64,000 nt of DNA. Origin: Candidatus Hermodarchaeota archaeon (GTDB lineage: Archaea > Asgardarchaeota > Hermodarchaeia > Hermodarchaeales > Hermodarchaeaceae). The notes under the pieces were generated by a model. That model was not told where the DNA came from. It saw nothing but the letters and a program-made list of their open reading frames with translations, and did no database searches. The position numbers were made by a program, and so were the translations under genes. Shown here one piece after another: positions 19,540 to 29,595 of this stretch (the stretch's first letter is position 1; every line of letters begins with the position of its first letter). Location: assembly GCA_016839365.1 (NCBI GenBank), contig JAEOUH010000044.1, positions 18,567 to 82,566 on the forward strand, written 5' to 3'.

Positions 19540-20372
19540 TCTTGCGGCTGTTCGGAATCGGAAAGAAAATCTGTGATTTTATGTGACCCAGTTTGATGAA
19601 GGTAGGTCGCACATTGTTGCGGTTCGATTTTTTTGTATTCTAAGCCGAGTTTTTCTAGCAGCGCATAGGTACCCTTAGTGAGACTGGGCGCAACGAGAAT
19701 ACCCCGGAGTTGAGTTGATTCATGAGATTGGAAGCTTTTCATGTAGCTGTGTAATTGATGAACTGCTTCGCTATCAGCTCTACGGCGTTTTATTTCAACG
19801 ACTACTAGACGCCCTTCGTTGTCACGGGCGAAGATATCGATGAAACCAGGTGCTACCTGTCTTTCACGTTGAATGGTTCGGAGTCCGGGTTCGATCAGTT
19901 CGGGATGAGCGCTGAGAATCTGTTGCATTTCAGCTTCGGTTAGATACATATTAAATTCGCCGGGATCTTCAATCAGTACAGCACTAAGCATGGTGAGAGA
20001 GTAGAATTCGATTCGAACCATTTCGCGTGGCTTTGCACGGTTAGCGAATAAGAAGAGTGTGTCATTTTCAAAGGTGACTTTAATGGTCGCTCCAGGTGGC
20101 TGCCAGTTTACTGGTTCGACTCCACTTTCTTTATGAACTAAAATGCTCCCATCGCGTTTCAGAATTATTAGGCGTTCCCCTTCTGTCAGCACAGAGCGGG
20201 CACGACCTTGATATTCGACAAAGCAGGTACCGATGATTTGGATAAGCCTTTTTTGTAATAGAGCATTGTTGAGCAATGTTTCGGCTTTTTTAAGTGAAGG
20301 TGAATGTAGAAACCAAATTTTGTCGTTAACTGAATATTTATGCTCAGGCAAGGTCATTCTCGTCGAAGTCAC
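19536..20372 (-). CDS. nucS: Endonuclease NucS/EndoMS
   Basis: 278 aa. The C-terminal RecB-like nuclease motifs are GFIDIFARD and VVVEIKRRRAD. An N-terminal dimerisation/DNA-binding domain is present. Confidence 0.75.
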   Translation of the reverse strand: MTSTRMTLPEHKYSVNDKIWFLHSPSLKKAETLLNNALLQKRLIQIIGTCFVEYQGRARSVLTEGERLIILKRDGSILVHKESGVEPVNWQPPGATIKVTFENDTLFLFANRAKPREMVRIEFYSLTMLSAVLIEDPGEFNMYLTEAEMQQILSAHPELIEPGLRTIQRERQVAPGFIDIFARDNEGRLVVVEIKRRRADSEAVHQLHSYMKSFQSHESTQLRGILVAPSLTKGTYALLEKLGLEYKKIEPQQCATYLHQTGSHKITDFLSDSEQPQD

Positions 20373-20400
20373 CCAATATGACTAAATAAGTATTCACTCA

Positions 20401-20946
20401 TTGATAGAAATTGTGCACAAGATTAGATTGTATAACGAGTCAGCACCCACTTACCATCTTCGTTATCGCCAGATTCAACGGATTAAATATCAAGCAATAA
20501 CCCCATTTCTAATTGAAGGCCCTATCATTGATGTGGGAATCGGAACGGGAATTGGTTTACCTTCACTAATCAAATTTTCTCCGATAGTGGGTGTTGATGG
20601 TGCCGTTGAGATGTTAAGGTTTGCTGCGGAGCAGATTAAGGAGGAGAAATATAAACACAGAATCGTGTCCTTAGTGTGTGCCGTAGCTGAAGCCTTACCC
20701 TTCCGGGATCATAGTGTTCCCACAGTTGTCAGCATCACTGTGATACAGAACTTCACAGATATTAATCAAGGATTGGCTGAACTGATTCGAGTATTACAAA
20801 AAGAAGGGCGGTGTGCAATTACAAGTCTTTCAAAGACTCTGCCCCTTGATGAACTCGAATCGACTATTAAAGCCGATGTCGCCCTAATTTCACAGTTTGA
20901 AAAACTTGCCGATGAGGATGATGGTTTAGTGTTTCAACTGATATGA
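20401..20946 (+). CDS. Class I SAM-dependent methyltransferase
   Basis: 181 aa. Glycine-rich motif I reads IIDVGIGTGIG. Confidence 0.5.
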   Translation: MIEIVHKIRLYNESAPTYHLRYRQIQRIKYQAITPFLIEGPIIDVGIGTGIGLPSLIKFSPIVGVDGAVEMLRFAAEQIKEEKYKHRIVSLVCAVAEALPFRDHSVPTVVSITVIQNFTDINQGLAELIRVLQKEGRCAITSLSKTLPLDELESTIKADVALISQFEKLADEDDGLVFQLI

Positions 20947-21031
20947 ATTAAACCAATTTTCGTTCCCTTGCCTACCTATCTGACCGTTAGCTTTAAGTGG
21001 CAAATGACAATTAGCAGGACTACCTTCGAGG

Positions 21032-21292
21032 TTGAAAACCGTGGAGAACCAGCCCATCAAAATCCTGCAAAAGGCTACAAATAACTTAGTTTTGATTAAA
21101 CTCAAGGATGGAAAAGAATATCGAGGTCGCCTGAAGGAGATTGATATGTACATGAACCTCGTTTTGGAAGGTGCAGAGGAGCTCATGGATGGTAATCCCA
21201 CTGCAAAGTTCGGTGAGGTGTTGATTCGGGGGAACAACATCCTATATATTAAACCCGATCTTACCCAAATTATCTGGGAAAACAAAGACTAG
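21032..21292 (+). CDS. Sm-like archaeal protein (LSm)
   Basis: Sm1 motif LVLIKLKDGKEYRGRLKEIDMYMNLVLEGAEE. Sm2 motif VLIRGNNILYI. Confidence 0.75.
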   Translation: MKTVENQPIKILQKATNNLVLIKLKDGKEYRGRLKEIDMYMNLVLEGAEELMDGNPTAKFGEVLIRGNNILYIKPDLTQIIWENKD

Positions 21293-21311
21293 GCTCTGTT
21301 TTCTTAGGAAA

Positions 21312-23396
21312 TTATTTTCGTCCTGATTCTTCATTTCGTCTTTCGAGTCGATATGCCTCTATAAGACGTTCTAATGCATCTGCGGCTTCCTCTCTTTCCA
21401 TAACCTTATGACCTTCTTGCCAGATTTTAATCTCTTCTTCTAATTGCGTTACATCGACAACCGCAAATTCATCGACCAGCGTAATCCGTAGTTTCTTTGC
21501 TTCGATAACCGGAATATGGGAGGCAGTGAACTGTTCGAGTGCCAAATGTGACATCGTCCCGTTTGTTATGATTACTTGGACACCAAATTCGATTAATTGT
21601 TCTGCAGTAGAACTGCCACCACCACTTGGATCCTGGATTAAAATGATCTTTCCCTTTTTCTTTGAATAGCGAGTTGTTATTCGTCTTATGTCATCTTGCG
21701 AAAAATGTGGAAGCACGGGAACAGGTTGAACTTCCCCGAGGTTTTCAAGGCGTCGCATAAGTTTCAAGTTTGAAATCGTTTGTTTGGCATTTTCAAGTTC
21801 CTTATCGGCTTTTTCGATTCTTTGTCGAAGCCTAGCGATCTCCTCATTCTTTCTTAGGATTACTTCATTTCGTCGCTGTTCGCGTTCTTCAAGATTCAAA
21901 ACCCGATTCAGTTGGCGCTCAGTTTGCCGGGATTCCTCTTCGATTTCCCGAATCGTCGCTTCCTTTTGGACAAGTTTTTGCTTCTCATATTCTAATTGAC
22001 GTGTGAGCGAGCCAACTTGTCGCTGTAACTGTTGAATACACTCTTGAAGCTCTTTAATCGTAGGAATTTTCTCTGTGCTGCTAGCGGGTTTGGGTGAATC
22101 AGTTTCAAATGGTTTTACCTCAGGCAAGTTTATGGACTGGTCAAGAGCCTCATGAATGGAGCCACCTTGTAAAATCACCTTGGTGGCTTCAACTACTGAA
22201 TGCTGGTTTTCGCTCTCGTTTATTCGAGTTCGGAGAAGTTTCAACTTACGTTCATAAGTTAGAAAGACATTGCCTATGGCGGCTAAAGCATCCCGCTGAT
22301 GGGCGTTTCGGGGTTGAAACTCAGAGTCTTTAGTGAATGATTTTGCTAATTCGCGCTTTTCAACTACTGAAAGTAACCTGTCTGGTACATGAAGGGGTAA
22401 TTGCAGGGTGGTGCTCAGTTTTTCGATGAAGTTTGGGGGTGGTGACACATCGGCAGTGACAAGTATCGGCTTTCCGTAATTGACAAGATATCGGATCACA
22501 TCCCCCCGCGACATCCCTCGGCCACTATGAAGAGCAATAATTTGCCCCGAAATGTCTGAAATTGCTATCCCGACAGTTGTTCCCGAATCAATGCCAACTA
22601 CTAACGATTGACGGGGGCTTAACTCCTCACGCCTATCCTTTTTTTGAAGATACAAAATAGTACGGTGTTTCACGGGTGATATTCGAACTGCCACACCTGC
22701 AATACGATTTACTTCTGAGTGGACAATTCTGGTCACATTATCAATAGAATCATAAACGTGTATTACACAGCGTGACCAGCCATGGGATGTTCGTGTCTCA
22801 TACTGATCGAAATCCATCTGGGATTTCGAGAGTTTTTCAATAATATTTCGGGCAACCTGCTGGATAGTTCCATGCATTCGCCTTTGAAATCGGGCTTGAG
22901 AAAAACCACCTGGACCAATATTTCTCGATCGCGAGACTATGATTTGAGTTTCCCGAGCTAAAGCAGAAATCTCCGTTCCAACACCTAAAGCGGCAAGTTG
23001 AGCTATTATGGTTGCAGCTTCATTAGGTGCTAGGTGTTTCTTGTCTCCAAATCCATGTCTTCTCGATAACTTTGATAATGAAGTCATTCCGTGAACTGGA
23101 GACCCGGTTACCTGAATTATCCGCGTTTTTAGTGGAATTTTAGAAAGAAAATCAATTACGCCTTTTTCGGTAGAAGCTATCTCAAGCAAATTATCAGTCG
23201 CAAGGATATCGGGTTTCACTTGACGAACCTTTGCCAATAATTCGTTACGCCTAACAGAGTCAATGGTTTCAACATGATTTCCTTTTAGGATAGCCAGAGC
23301 ATAACGTGGTTGTTTTCGCGCTGATGGCGAACTTTGGGGAAGAATATCGAACCCAATAATTGTTTGAATTCTCTCAATCATTCCGTTTTTTCTCAT
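21312..23396 (-). CDS. Large conserved archaeal protein, COG2433/DUF460-like (predicted RNase-H-fold nuclease N-domain plus coiled coil)
   Basis: 694 aa. The N-terminus (YALAILKGNHVETIDSV...KPDILATDN) is YqgF/RuvC-like. A long central coiled coil follows. The assignment is tentative. Confidence 0.4.
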   Translation of the reverse strand: MRKNGMIERIQTIIGFDILPQSSPSARKQPRYALAILKGNHVETIDSVRRNELLAKVRQVKPDILATDNLLEIASTEKGVIDFLSKIPLKTRIIQVTGSPVHGMTSLSKLSRRHGFGDKKHLAPNEAATIIAQLAALGVGTEISALARETQIIVSRSRNIGPGGFSQARFQRRMHGTIQQVARNIIEKLSKSQMDFDQYETRTSHGWSRCVIHVYDSIDNVTRIVHSEVNRIAGVAVRISPVKHRTILYLQKKDRREELSPRQSLVVGIDSGTTVGIAISDISGQIIALHSGRGMSRGDVIRYLVNYGKPILVTADVSPPPNFIEKLSTTLQLPLHVPDRLLSVVEKRELAKSFTKDSEFQPRNAHQRDALAAIGNVFLTYERKLKLLRTRINESENQHSVVEATKVILQGGSIHEALDQSINLPEVKPFETDSPKPASSTEKIPTIKELQECIQQLQRQVGSLTRQLEYEKQKLVQKEATIREIEEESRQTERQLNRVLNLEEREQRRNEVILRKNEEIARLRQRIEKADKELENAKQTISNLKLMRRLENLGEVQPVPVLPHFSQDDIRRITTRYSKKKGKIILIQDPSGGGSSTAEQLIEFGVQVIITNGTMSHLALEQFTASHIPVIEAKKLRITLVDEFAVVDVTQLEEEIKIWQEGHKVMEREEAADALERLIEAYRLERRNEESGRK

Positions 23397-24294
23397 TTGG
23401 ATTGATTATCACCCTTGCAAGAGTTTTTTCAACATCGGAGATAATACGGAATCTCCGTCTGAAGAATGTGGTTATATTCCTTAGGTCTCGCCTGAGCAAC
23501 CATAAAGCATTAGGATGTGTTAAAGGCTGCCATTGGGGCCAATCAAAGAGAGTAATCTCATTGTTTTCATCAACAAAGATGTTGTATTCACTGAGATCTC
23601 CATGAATAAGCTCCGCCTTATGATAGGCTAATCGGACTTGCTGAATTATTTGTTCGAGAATATCTTGGGCGTTGTTCAATTCGGAAATATTCAGCAACAA
23701 TACGCCTGAAATGCTTGACATTACAATGACATGTCGATTTACTGCTATTGGTCTAGGAACTTTGCCTCCAGCGTTTTCGAGCATTTTAAGCGCCGCAAAT
23801 TCACGTGTAGCAGCACGTTGGCTGAAGTCCATCCAGGAATGTAATGATTCACCCTTAAGGGTGCGGAGGCGCCGAACTCGTCGAAAGCTTGTTCGACCCC
23901 ATCTTAAAAATTTCACAGCCACCTCTTGATTATCTACATCGAGAGCACGGTAAACAGTAGACTCTTTTCCTACACCATAAGGTTGTCCCAGGGAAATAAT
24001 CACATCCTTTTGAGCTAGGTCATAAAGGGCAAGAGCATCATATCCAACCTGAGAAATCAGATAGCCGAGATAGCGTTCTTTTTTCCTTTGAACTAGACCT
24101 TTTTTATTGAGTTTGCTCAGAAGAAACAATACCTCTTCCCCGTCAATTGCGATTCTGTTTTTTATCTCCTGGACTGGGGCATACTTGAATCGGTGAGTCA
24201 TTTCTTCGAGAGTTTGAAGAACTTGAATTTCTTCTGGTTGAAGTTCTGGCAGTATTTTTGCTAAACGATGCACATCGATCACGTGAACTTGCAT
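23374..24294 (-). CDS. rio2: RIO-type serine/threonine kinase (Rio2-like, with N-terminal winged helix)
   Basis: 306 aa. GVGKESTVYRA glycine loop. VAVKF lysine. Catalytic loop LIHGDLSEYNIFV. The metal-binding Asp lies in FDWPQ. Confidence 0.8.
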   Translation of the reverse strand: MQVHVIDVHRLAKILPELQPEEIQVLQTLEEMTHRFKYAPVQEIKNRIAIDGEEVLFLLSKLNKKGLVQRKKERYLGYLISQVGYDALALYDLAQKDVIISLGQPYGVGKESTVYRALDVDNQEVAVKFLRWGRTSFRRVRRLRTLKGESLHSWMDFSQRAATREFAALKMLENAGGKVPRPIAVNRHVIVMSSISGVLLLNISELNNAQDILEQIIQQVRLAYHKAELIHGDLSEYNIFVDENNEITLFDWPQWQPLTHPNALWLLRRDLRNITTFFRRRFRIISDVEKTLARVIINPNEKKRND

Positions 24295-24502
24295 CTCATT
24301 GTGAAAAAATATTAGGTATATTGTGATGCTGACTCTAATTATCAGGCGACTTTAATGAGTCCCTAGTGTTCGCATCCGAATCTAAGGGAAAAACCTTCAA
24401 CATGGTGATTAAATGTTTTAGATAGCTCTCCGCTTAATTAAATAGGAAACGTATATTAGGGAGAGCCGATGAATTGGCTACTGTTTCATCACATTTAATA
24501 TT

Positions 24503-24799
24503 GTGGCGGGAGTCCAAAAATTGAATGAACGATTTGAAGTGCCCGATGAAGACGTACCGCATGTGGCTAAGGCGCTTTCCAGCAAAACAAGGTGGAAGAT
24601 TCTCTCTCTTCTTCGTGACAAGAGTATGGATGTCAGCCGAATCGCCAAAGCATTAAAACAAACTGAGGCAAATATTAGTGCTCAAGTCAAGATTCTTGAA
24701 CAAGCAGGGCTTATCAAAAGCCACTATGAACCCGGTGAGCATGGTGTTCGAAAGGTATGCGAACCGGCTGTGAAACAAGTAATAATTAATGCAGTATGA
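24503..24799 (+). CDS. ArsR-family winged-helix transcriptional regulator
   Basis: 98 aa. KTRWKILSLLRDKSMDVSRIAKALKQTEANISAQVKILEQAGLI. Confidence 0.5.
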   Translation: MAGVQKLNERFEVPDEDVPHVAKALSSKTRWKILSLLRDKSMDVSRIAKALKQTEANISAQVKILEQAGLIKSHYEPGEHGVRKVCEPAVKQVIINAV

Positions 24800-24911
24800 A
24801 GTGCTGTACACTCCATTTTCAGAACTGATAAGGTCTAGCTGCGTAGCGTACATTTATATGCTAATCAAGATACTGCTCAAACCCCCATTCAAACTGTTTA
24901 ATTCGTAAGTA

Positions 24912-25175
24912 ATGGTGTTGAAAAACTTGACAGCCGAAAGATCTCGTCTTCGATTACTTCTCAGTCGATTTGGAACACTTCTTGAGTCGATTTTCATTTT
25001 TATCCTTCTACTTAGCGGTATTGGGGTTGTCTTTATAGGCAAAATAACAGGGATTACCAGTGCGGGACCGCTTCTGCTTGCAGTTGGCTTAACGGTCCAG
25101 ATAGGTGCGCTAGTTATTTTAGGGATTTTCCTGTATATCCGATTCTTACGACAGAGAAGAATCACTGCCGAATGA
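24912..25175 (+). CDS. Small membrane protein (two predicted TM helices)
   Basis: 87 aa with two clear hydrophobic stretches and a basic tail. It is preferred over the overlapping antisense ORF. Confidence 0.3.
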   Translation: MVLKNLTAERSRLRLLLSRFGTLLESIFIFILLLSGIGVVFIGKITGITSAGPLLLAVGLTVQIGALVILGIFLYIRFLRQRRITAE

Positions 25176-25236
25176 TCTGCCCTAGTTAGTTGGGCTCTTA
25201 AAGGTAGAAGGCAAATTGTATTGTCGAGGGTAGCTA

Positions 25237-25818
25237 GTGGATTTATTACTTGCAATTTTAACCATGGTATTCGTTTTCTTTCTCTTGCTAACTGCAGCGA
25301 TCAAAGATTATCAGACAAGAGAAGTATCCAATTGGATTTGGTTAATCGGGTTGTTTGGCCTGCCCTTCACGATTTATCGGGTTGGAACAACAGGTTTGTG
25401 GTTGTTGTTTGGTTTCCAAGCAGTATTGGTATTTTTCCTTGTGATAGCTAGTTTCCGACTTGGTTTTCTTGGCGGAGCAGACGGAAAAGCCATACTCATA
25501 ATCTCGTTGCTCTATCCTTGGATATTATTAGATCCAGTCTGGCTTTTAATCGCACCATTCGTCGTTTTATTTGGTGGATTTCTATTAGTGGGAATACATA
25601 GCATATGGCTTCTGTTACAGAACAGATTGGCCTGGAACCTCATATCCCGCAATGAAGAACGAGCACAAAAACCAGAGAGGAAGATATTTTGGTTCACACG
25701 GCGATTTTCTCCTTCACTGATTGAAAATAATCAGTGGAGGCAAGTTGAGGTCCCACTGGTTAGCTACATCTTCTTGGTTTACACTATTTTGGTGATTCTA
25801 ACAAGTGTATTCCTATGA
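25237..25818 (+). CDS. A24-family prepilin/preflagellin peptidase (PibD/FlaK-like)
   Basis: 193 aa polytopic membrane protein. The first catalytic Asp lies in AIKDYQTREV and the second in GGADGKAIL (GxGDxK-type). Confidence 0.7.
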   Translation: MDLLLAILTMVFVFFLLLTAAIKDYQTREVSNWIWLIGLFGLPFTIYRVGTTGLWLLFGFQAVLVFFLVIASFRLGFLGGADGKAILIISLLYPWILLDPVWLLIAPFVVLFGGFLLVGIHSIWLLLQNRLAWNLISRNEERAQKPERKIFWFTRRFSPSLIENNQWRQVEVPLVSYIFLVYTILVILTSVFL

Positions 25819-25831
25819 GTATGCGGATTGT

Positions 25832-26611
25832 CTAAAGTTCGCCGCCTGGCATTACAACCAGCCCCGAACTGCTGATTTCGAATGGGAACCGCTTCAGGCT
25901 ATGACCGGTTTGGCGCATTTTGCGAACTACGAGGCTTCGTCGAAGCTCTCGATCTTGTTCAGTGAGAGAGAGAATAATTAGCCCTTGAGCAATGAATTCT
26001 TCAACCCCATATCGGCTAAAACCAGTCGAGCCTTGGGCCACTTCTGACGTCATGATAGATGTTGCTCCAAGCTCTCGGAGAAGGCTTGAAAGTTTGAATA
26101 TGGCATTTCGCACGGCCGCAATTCCTTCAAACCGAATACCAAGACCTGACACAGAATCGATGACGATTCGACGTGCGTTGATTCGTTTTGTTACTCGATA
26201 GATTTCTTGTGCAAGGGCGTTGATATCAAGTCCGGTTCGAATTGCGTGTGGTTCAGTTGTCGGTAGTCCAGCTTTACTTGAGGCAGCATCAACGATAATC
26301 ATTTTTTCTTCTTCTTGCAATTTTTCAAAGTTCCATCCAAAACGTGTTGCTTCGTGGCGTAACTCTTTCGGTCGCTCTTCCAAGGTGACAAAGACACCAT
26401 TGTCTCCGAAATTAATCGCCCCTGAATAGAGAAACTGCATACAGAAGATTGTCTTTCCCGTCCCTGCTCCACCAGAGACGAGTACATTACTTCCTGGTAT
26501 GAATCCACCATGAAGGATTCCATCTAACCCAGGAATGCCTGTTTTCACCCGTTCAGATGTCTCAGACATCGGCTTTTTCCTCCTTTCCATTGATAGGTAA
26601 TCCTGTACCAA
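25832..26611 (-). CDS. KaiC/RadA-like RecA-superfamily ATPase
   Basis: 259 aa. GIPGLDGILHGG. Walker A SGGAGTGKT. Confidence 0.7.
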   Translation of the reverse strand: MVQDYLSMERRKKPMSETSERVKTGIPGLDGILHGGFIPGSNVLVSGGAGTGKTIFCMQFLYSGAINFGDNGVFVTLEERPKELRHEATRFGWNFEKLQEEEKMIIVDAASSKAGLPTTEPHAIRTGLDINALAQEIYRVTKRINARRIVIDSVSGLGIRFEGIAAVRNAIFKLSSLLRELGATSIMTSEVAQGSTGFSRYGVEEFIAQGLIILSLTEQDRELRRSLVVRKMRQTGHSLKRFPFEISSSGLVVMPGGEL

Positions 26612-27089
26612 TCAGATTGTCTCCCTTTGTTGGCTTCTTCAGAAACCAGAGTCTCGCATCAACCACATCAGGGTTGTCTTTTAATTTGTCAAAGATCTCT
26701 TGAAGATCCTTTATTTGTTTACCAAGTATAAACGCAAAAATTCCGGTTTCAGTTTCATTTAACGCAAGAAAGATAACATTGGGACGGCTTTCAAGTTCCG
26801 CTTTGATTTTTTGAGTATGTTCTATCGTTATATCGCGTAAAATATGGCCACCAATTTCAATGAACATGACACCAGATATGGTATAGCCAAGCATTTCTTG
26901 ATCAACGCTCACGGTGAAGCGTTTAATCACCCCTGCTTGCTGAAGTTTACGAATGCGGAACAAAATTGTTGTGTCTGGAATGCTCTGATTCATTGCTTTC
27001 GACAATGTTCTGGCAATTTGTGTATACTTCGCTCGACCATCTTGTTGGAGCAAAGAGAGGATATGTAGATCCTTGTCATCCAGTTTCAC
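26562..27089 (-). CDS. Lrp/AsnC-family transcriptional regulator
   Basis: 175 aa. N-terminal HTH reads DLHILSLLQQDGRAKYTQIA, followed by a RAM-like C-domain. Its 3' end overlaps the KaiC-like gene start by about 50 nt. Confidence 0.7.
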   Translation of the reverse strand: MKLDDKDLHILSLLQQDGRAKYTQIARTLSKAMNQSIPDTTILFRIRKLQQAGVIKRFTVSVDQEMLGYTISGVMFIEIGGHILRDITIEHTQKIKAELESRPNVIFLALNETETGIFAFILGKQIKDLQEIFDKLKDNPDVVDARLWFLKKPTKGDNLIGTGLPINGKEEKADV

Positions 27090-27193
27090 TTAACTCCCTC
27101 GGTGGAAAACTGTCTAAAACTTCATTGGGGAAGGGCACCTATTAAGGTTTCCTCAAACAATATTCAGTTCTTAAGCGAAATCCTTAATGTCGT

Positions 27194-27550
27194 TCAAGGA
27201 GGCAGGGCTGTGTAGTAGTAGACGAAATTGAACACTAAGAACCACAGTACAAGAAACATTAGCAATCCTGTGCCCAGACCCTTCATGAGCCCTTTTCCAT
27301 GCCCACCAACTTCTCCAGGATTAACGCCCAGAACATAAATTGGAATGAGATACGACACGACGACAAATACAACTCCCAAAAAAAAGCCTACGAGTCCCAA
27401 TGGACCCCAAAAGTTAAAGGCTAAGGCAATTGCTGCTCCAATAAAGGCGAAGATAAGTCGCGTGTAGTAGATTAGGTCTTCAGGAGTAATTTTACTACGC
27501 CAAAATTGATTCCATGGCAATGGTTCTTCAGGTATTGGTTTCTTCGGCAA
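27194..27550 (-). CDS. Small integral membrane protein
   Basis: 118 aa with three hydrophobic helices. Confidence 0.4.
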   Translation of the reverse strand: MPKKPIPEEPLPWNQFWRSKITPEDLIYYTRLIFAFIGAAIALAFNFWGPLGLVGFFLGVVFVVVSYLIPIYVLGVNPGEVGGHGKGLMKGLGTGLLMFLVLWFLVFNFVYYYTALPP

Positions 27551-27562
27551 GGGTGAACCTCC

Positions 27563-29572
27563 GTGAGTTCTGGAATGTCCGCATCTGATGTTTTCGTTAT
27601 GTTACGCGAAATCAAGGATGAGTTAATCGGCAGATGGATTCTGAATATTTATCAACTTAACGGTACATTGCTTTTTAAATTCAGTTCTGATTCACCAAAT
27701 AAGACGTGGCTGGTAATAGAACCTGGTAAACGAATGCACCTCACTGCACTTACCTATGAACGGGAATCGAAGCCCCGAGCTTTTTGTAAGGCGTTACGGA
27801 ATCAACTCCGTGATCATAAAGTCTCGGATATTGAACAGCATGACTTTGATCGTGTAGTGTACCTCCGGGCTGGGCCACCCGAAAAACGGTTTACTTTAGT
27901 GATTGAACTTTTCGGTGGTGGAAATGCGATTCTACTGGATCCTAAGGATAGGATTGTGTCAGCTATGACGTTTCGTCGGATGAAGGATCGCGATATTGTT
28001 CGAGGAGCCCCGTTCCAGTTTCCCCCACTTCGAGCGATGGATCCCCGGAACGTATCCTCGGAGGACTTAAACACTATTCTTGACGAATCAGACCATGAGC
28101 TGGTTCGAACTCTAGCCCGAAACCTGAATATGAGCGGCACCACGGTTGAAGAAATCTTGGCACGTGCAAACCTCGATCTCAAATTACGTGCCTCAAGTCT
28201 TTTAGCAAATCAGAGAGAAGCACTATACCAGGGGATGCGAGAGTATTTCCGTATTCTCACAGAGGACCCACTTAATCCTCGGATAATCTTCGACGAAGAG
28301 GATGAACCCACAAGGGTCATAGTTACCGAGAGCAGCCTTTACTCAAATACCCGGATGAAGAAGTTTTCAACATTCAATGAGGCTTTAGATAGCTTCTATT
28401 CAACACGAAAGGAAGATACGGCTGTTGAGGTTGTTGAAGACAAGTACCAACAGGAACTATCAAAACTCCAACGGCTACGAACCCAACAGCAACAACACCT
28501 AGATGATATGCAGTCCCGTGCCGCATCTAGCCGTGACGCAGCCAATGCGATCTACCAACATCTCAATATCGTTGAAGAACTTCTAGCTACAGTTCGAGAT
28601 GCACGCCAACAGAATCTATCCTGGGATGATATCACCAAACGCCTCGAAGATGGAAAACATAAACAAATACCAGCTGCAATGATTTTTGACAAAATCAACA
28701 AGCATGCAGGTCGTATCCATGTCAATTTAAATGAGTTAGCATTAACCTTGGATATCCGTTTATCTGCAACAGATAATGCTAACCAACTCTTTCAGCGTAG
28801 TAAACAGCTGGAAAAGAAGGTGAAAGGTGCGACCATCGCAATCGATGACACAGAAGCCAAGATTGCAACACTCCGAGAAAAACGAGAAGATGAACTAGTT
28901 AAGGTAGAATCCGAAAAACTAGTTACACGGCGAAGAAAGCATTGGTATGAGAAATTTAGATGGTTTCGAACATCTCATGGTATGCTGGTTCTTGGAGGAC
29001 GGGACGCTGGAAGCAACCAGCAATTAATTCGCAAGTATCTTGAAGAACCGGATTTATTCTTCCATGCTGATTTCGCAGGGGCACCCATAGTGATTGCGAA
29101 AACCCAGGGGCGAGAAGTTACGGATAATGAACTTCTTGAAATTGCCACCTTTGCCGTTAGTTATTCACGTGCATGGAAAGCGGGGTGGAGTACAGCAGAT
29201 ACCTATTGGGTGAAGCAAAACCAAGTTTCGTTGAGCGCGCCATCAGGAGAATTTCTTCCAAAGGGTTCCGTGATGGTTAGAGGTGACAGAAACTATATTC
29301 GAAATGCAACCGTTCGTGTTGCAGTAGGACTGAGTGTAGAAGAGGGTTTACCAATCATCATTGCCGGACCTGAACAAGCGGTTCAACATCACAGTGAAGT
29401 CTTTGTTGTACTTATTCCCGGAAAGATGAAAGCGTCAGATGCCGCAAAACGAATACGCAAGCAATTTGCCGATCAAGTTCCTGAGAACCTAAGAGGCCAA
29501 ATTCATGCCCTAAGTATTGACGAGATAATCGCTATGTTGCCTCCAGGCCCGGTTGACTTCATAAGTGAATAA
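27563..29572 (+). CDS. NFACT-family protein (Rqc2/NEMF/FbpA homolog)
   Basis: 669 aa. N-terminal NFACT-N, a central coiled coil, and an NFACT-R/DUF814 motif FFHADFAGAPIVIAK. Confidence 0.8.
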   Translation: MSSGMSASDVFVMLREIKDELIGRWILNIYQLNGTLLFKFSSDSPNKTWLVIEPGKRMHLTALTYERESKPRAFCKALRNQLRDHKVSDIEQHDFDRVVYLRAGPPEKRFTLVIELFGGGNAILLDPKDRIVSAMTFRRMKDRDIVRGAPFQFPPLRAMDPRNVSSEDLNTILDESDHELVRTLARNLNMSGTTVEEILARANLDLKLRASSLLANQREALYQGMREYFRILTEDPLNPRIIFDEEDEPTRVIVTESSLYSNTRMKKFSTFNEALDSFYSTRKEDTAVEVVEDKYQQELSKLQRLRTQQQQHLDDMQSRAASSRDAANAIYQHLNIVEELLATVRDARQQNLSWDDITKRLEDGKHKQIPAAMIFDKINKHAGRIHVNLNELALTLDIRLSATDNANQLFQRSKQLEKKVKGATIAIDDTEAKIATLREKREDELVKVESEKLVTRRRKHWYEKFRWFRTSHGMLVLGGRDAGSNQQLIRKYLEEPDLFFHADFAGAPIVIAKTQGREVTDNELLEIATFAVSYSRAWKAGWSTADTYWVKQNQVSLSAPSGEFLPKGSVMVRGDRNYIRNATVRVAVGLSVEEGLPIIIAGPEQAVQHHSEVFVVLIPGKMKASDAAKRIRKQFADQVPENLRGQIHALSIDEIIAMLPPGPVDFISE

Positions 29573-29595
29573 GGAACCACTTATTATCAATTGAG

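Noticed and set aside
24854-25255. 133-aa minus-strand ORF overlapping the small membrane-protein ORF
   Set aside because: Low-complexity, Arg/Ser/Pro-rich, not protein-like. The plus-strand 87-aa ORF with two clean TM helices is the more plausible gene, though still low confidence.
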